From Eledone cirrhosa (lineage: Eukaryota), in contig OZ024742.1 of NCBI GenBank assembly GCA_964016885.1, forward strand, positions 194,804,001 through 194,868,000: 64,000 bases of DNA. Direction: 5' to 3'. This document shows positions 61,876 through 64,000 of this stretch, in pieces. The notes below the pieces were generated by a model. That model was given only the letters and a program-made list of their open reading frames with translations. It was not told where the DNA came from and made no database searches. The first letter of the stretch is position 1. Each line of letters starts with the position of its first letter. The translations under genes were made by a program, and so were the position numbers.

Positions 61876-62410
61876 AACTCCATTGTTGTAATTTCTGCGT
61901 TGCGACAAATTGAAATTTAAAACAAATTAAATTAAAAAATAAACTAGAAGAAATATGTAGTGGACACTTGTAAATATGCTTGCCACGTAATGCAACATAT
62001 GCAATGCATTGAAGCATGTACAACATAAGCTAGAATGTGCAACGCAATTTATCATATGCAACACGCTGTAGAATGTCAACGCAATTCAAAATCTGAAATG
62101 GGATACAGAATGTGCAAGGCAATGCTAAAATGGGCAACGCTATGTAATATGTGCAATCCAGTGCAGAATTTGCAGCGTGATGCAGCGTGATGCAGAATAA
62201 GGTTTGTAACTTTTGCTGTGATATTTAGCTATAATACTTGACATCTGAATAACTAAATTAACGTAACATTTAGCCACAGATCAAAATACAAAATGACATG
62301 TTTCTTCATTATTCCATGTCACAAAGCTTATGTGCATACACACACACATACATGCAAACGCACACACATACCCACACACACACATACACACACACACATA
62401 CAAACGCACA

Positions 62411-62442
<32 letters not shown>

Positions 62443-62661
62443 GCCCTGTGGGCGTGGGTTAGTGTGTCAGTGAGTATATGTGTGAGTATGTGTATTTGTG
62501 TGTGTGTAGAAATAGAGAATTTCGTATCTATAAATTTGACGAGTTCAAAAATATTCCAATCAAGTGTGACTACTATCGTATGCTCAAGAAAGACCGTATC
62601 TCCTTTTTGGAATGTTTTCAGATCTTGATAAATAAACAGGGAGAGAACACCTATATTGTAA

Positions 62662-62870
62662 ACAGATACAAATTTGTTTTAAATATTCTTCGATATTTCA
62701 ATGGAAATGATTCTTTTTTTCTTAATCCTACTTGATGAAAGCAATGGACAAGCTTGATCCGAGATCAGATACAAATTTGTTTTAAATATTCTTCGATATT
62801 ACAGTGGAAGTGGATCTTTTTTTCTTATTCCTACCTGATGGAAGCAATGGACAAACTTGATCCGAGATCT
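62662..62870. repeat. About 105-bp tandem duplication
   Basis: CAGATACAAATTTGTTTTAAATATTCTTCGATATT..GCAATGGACAA.CTTGATCCGAGATC occurs twice. Confidence 0.9.
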
Positions 62871-63147
62871 CGTCATACTAAATCAATATGCATACCCACA
62901 CGTATACGACACACAGACACACACGTGCATACGAAACACACACACACACACACACATACATGCATATGAAATTACACAAAGGAACACAAATTCCCGCACA
63001 TACATGCACACACCACTACCACCACAACCCTCAATATATAAAAACAAACACACAGACCACACAGAGAGTTAATTTTTTAAAAATAAATAAATTTGTGTTG
63101 AATTATATTTGGCATGTTTTATTAACATTTGAACTCGAATATTGCAG

Positions 63148-63289
63148 GCCACAGACTCATGGCCGACAATCGTAACGCCAACACAAACGCCCAGCTCCAA
63201 ACAAGACGTAAAGCTGCCAAGATGCTGATAACAGTGGTCATTGTGTTCGGAATATGTAATTTGCCAGTTCATATACTGAATATTGTCAG
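63148..63289 (+). CDS. Internal coding exon of a class A neuropeptide GPCR, allatotropin/orexin receptor-like (ICL3-TM6)
   Basis: Acceptor TTGCAG| and donor AG|GTAAGA bound a 142-nt open exon encoding HRLMADNRNANTNAQLQTRRKAAKMLITVVIVFGICNLPVHILNIV(R). Not in the supplied ORF track. Confidence 0.85.
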
Positions 63290-63382
63290 GTAAGATATAA
63301 AAAATCTCATAAATATATGATACCTTAGGCATTGAAACCTTAGGTACCTGCTTTTGTTCCGTGTAGGAACATAAATAAATTA

Positions 63383-63476
<94 letters not shown>

Positions 63477-63659
63477 TTAAAAGAATAGAGGTGTAACACA
63501 CAAGTTATTATATATTGGTAAACGGAATAGAAAATGCTGACAAATTGTTCACAGTTGAAAAATGGTTTAATTAGGAATAAAAGAGTATTAGTGATTGTAT
63601 GGGTTAGTATTCAGTTGTGGTTTTAAGTTTTTAAGTTTTTACCGGTTGCGCTTCTAAAT

Positions 63660-64000
63660 GCTTTTCAAAAATAATTTTGAGATAGAGTGTCCGTGCTGTT
63701 TGCTCTGATCTGATTAGTTTTGAGAATTCTACCTGTTTTTATGTTAAAAAAGTGGCTCCAGCGTTATTTTTGTGTTGCAAAAATGCTTGTGGTCAAAACA
63801 ATTTTGATTGGTCGGTAGAGGTCATGTGAATGTAAAAAGTTGATTTTGCGCCAAGACTTGTTTTGAACACAAGCATTTTTGCAACACAAAAATAACGCTG
63901 GAGCCACTTTTTTAACATAAAAAACAGGTAGAATTCCCAAAACTAATCAGATCAGAGCAAACAGCACGGACACTCTATCTCAAAATTATTTTTGAAAAGC
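63660..64000. repeat. Long inverted repeat running off the window end
   Basis: 63660-63801 is the reverse complement of 63858-64000 with about 2 mismatches and a spacer of about 55 nt. Confidence 0.92.

Overview
AT-rich, microsatellite-dense eukaryotic DNA. The SINE families and repeat landscape look cephalopod/octopus-like, which is an inference. Almost all of it is retroelement-derived, and the long 'IYIY'/'CVCV' ORFs are microsatellite artefacts. The one host coding piece I can support is a spliced exon at 63148-63289 (+) encoding ICL3-TM6 of an allatotropin/orexin-type GPCR, so most of the window may be one large intron. Three retroelement classes sort by microsatellite: (1) at least five L1/Tx1-like APE-RT elements, all on the - strand, in (GATA)n or (TAA)n, one with intact ORF1+ORF2 (33828-39852); (2) R4/Dong-like RLE elements on the + strand in (TAA)n or (CATA)n; (3) Penelope-like (Naiad-type GIY-YIG) pieces and non-coding tandem/fold-back units carrying type-I hammerhead ribozyme motifs in (TA)n. 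Also present: a full-length 5S rRNA copy fused to a SINE-type 3' tail within an 11-bp TSD, a twin-priming 5' inversion in an RLE element, and many long palindromes. All calls are by eye; boundaries are approximate unless stated.
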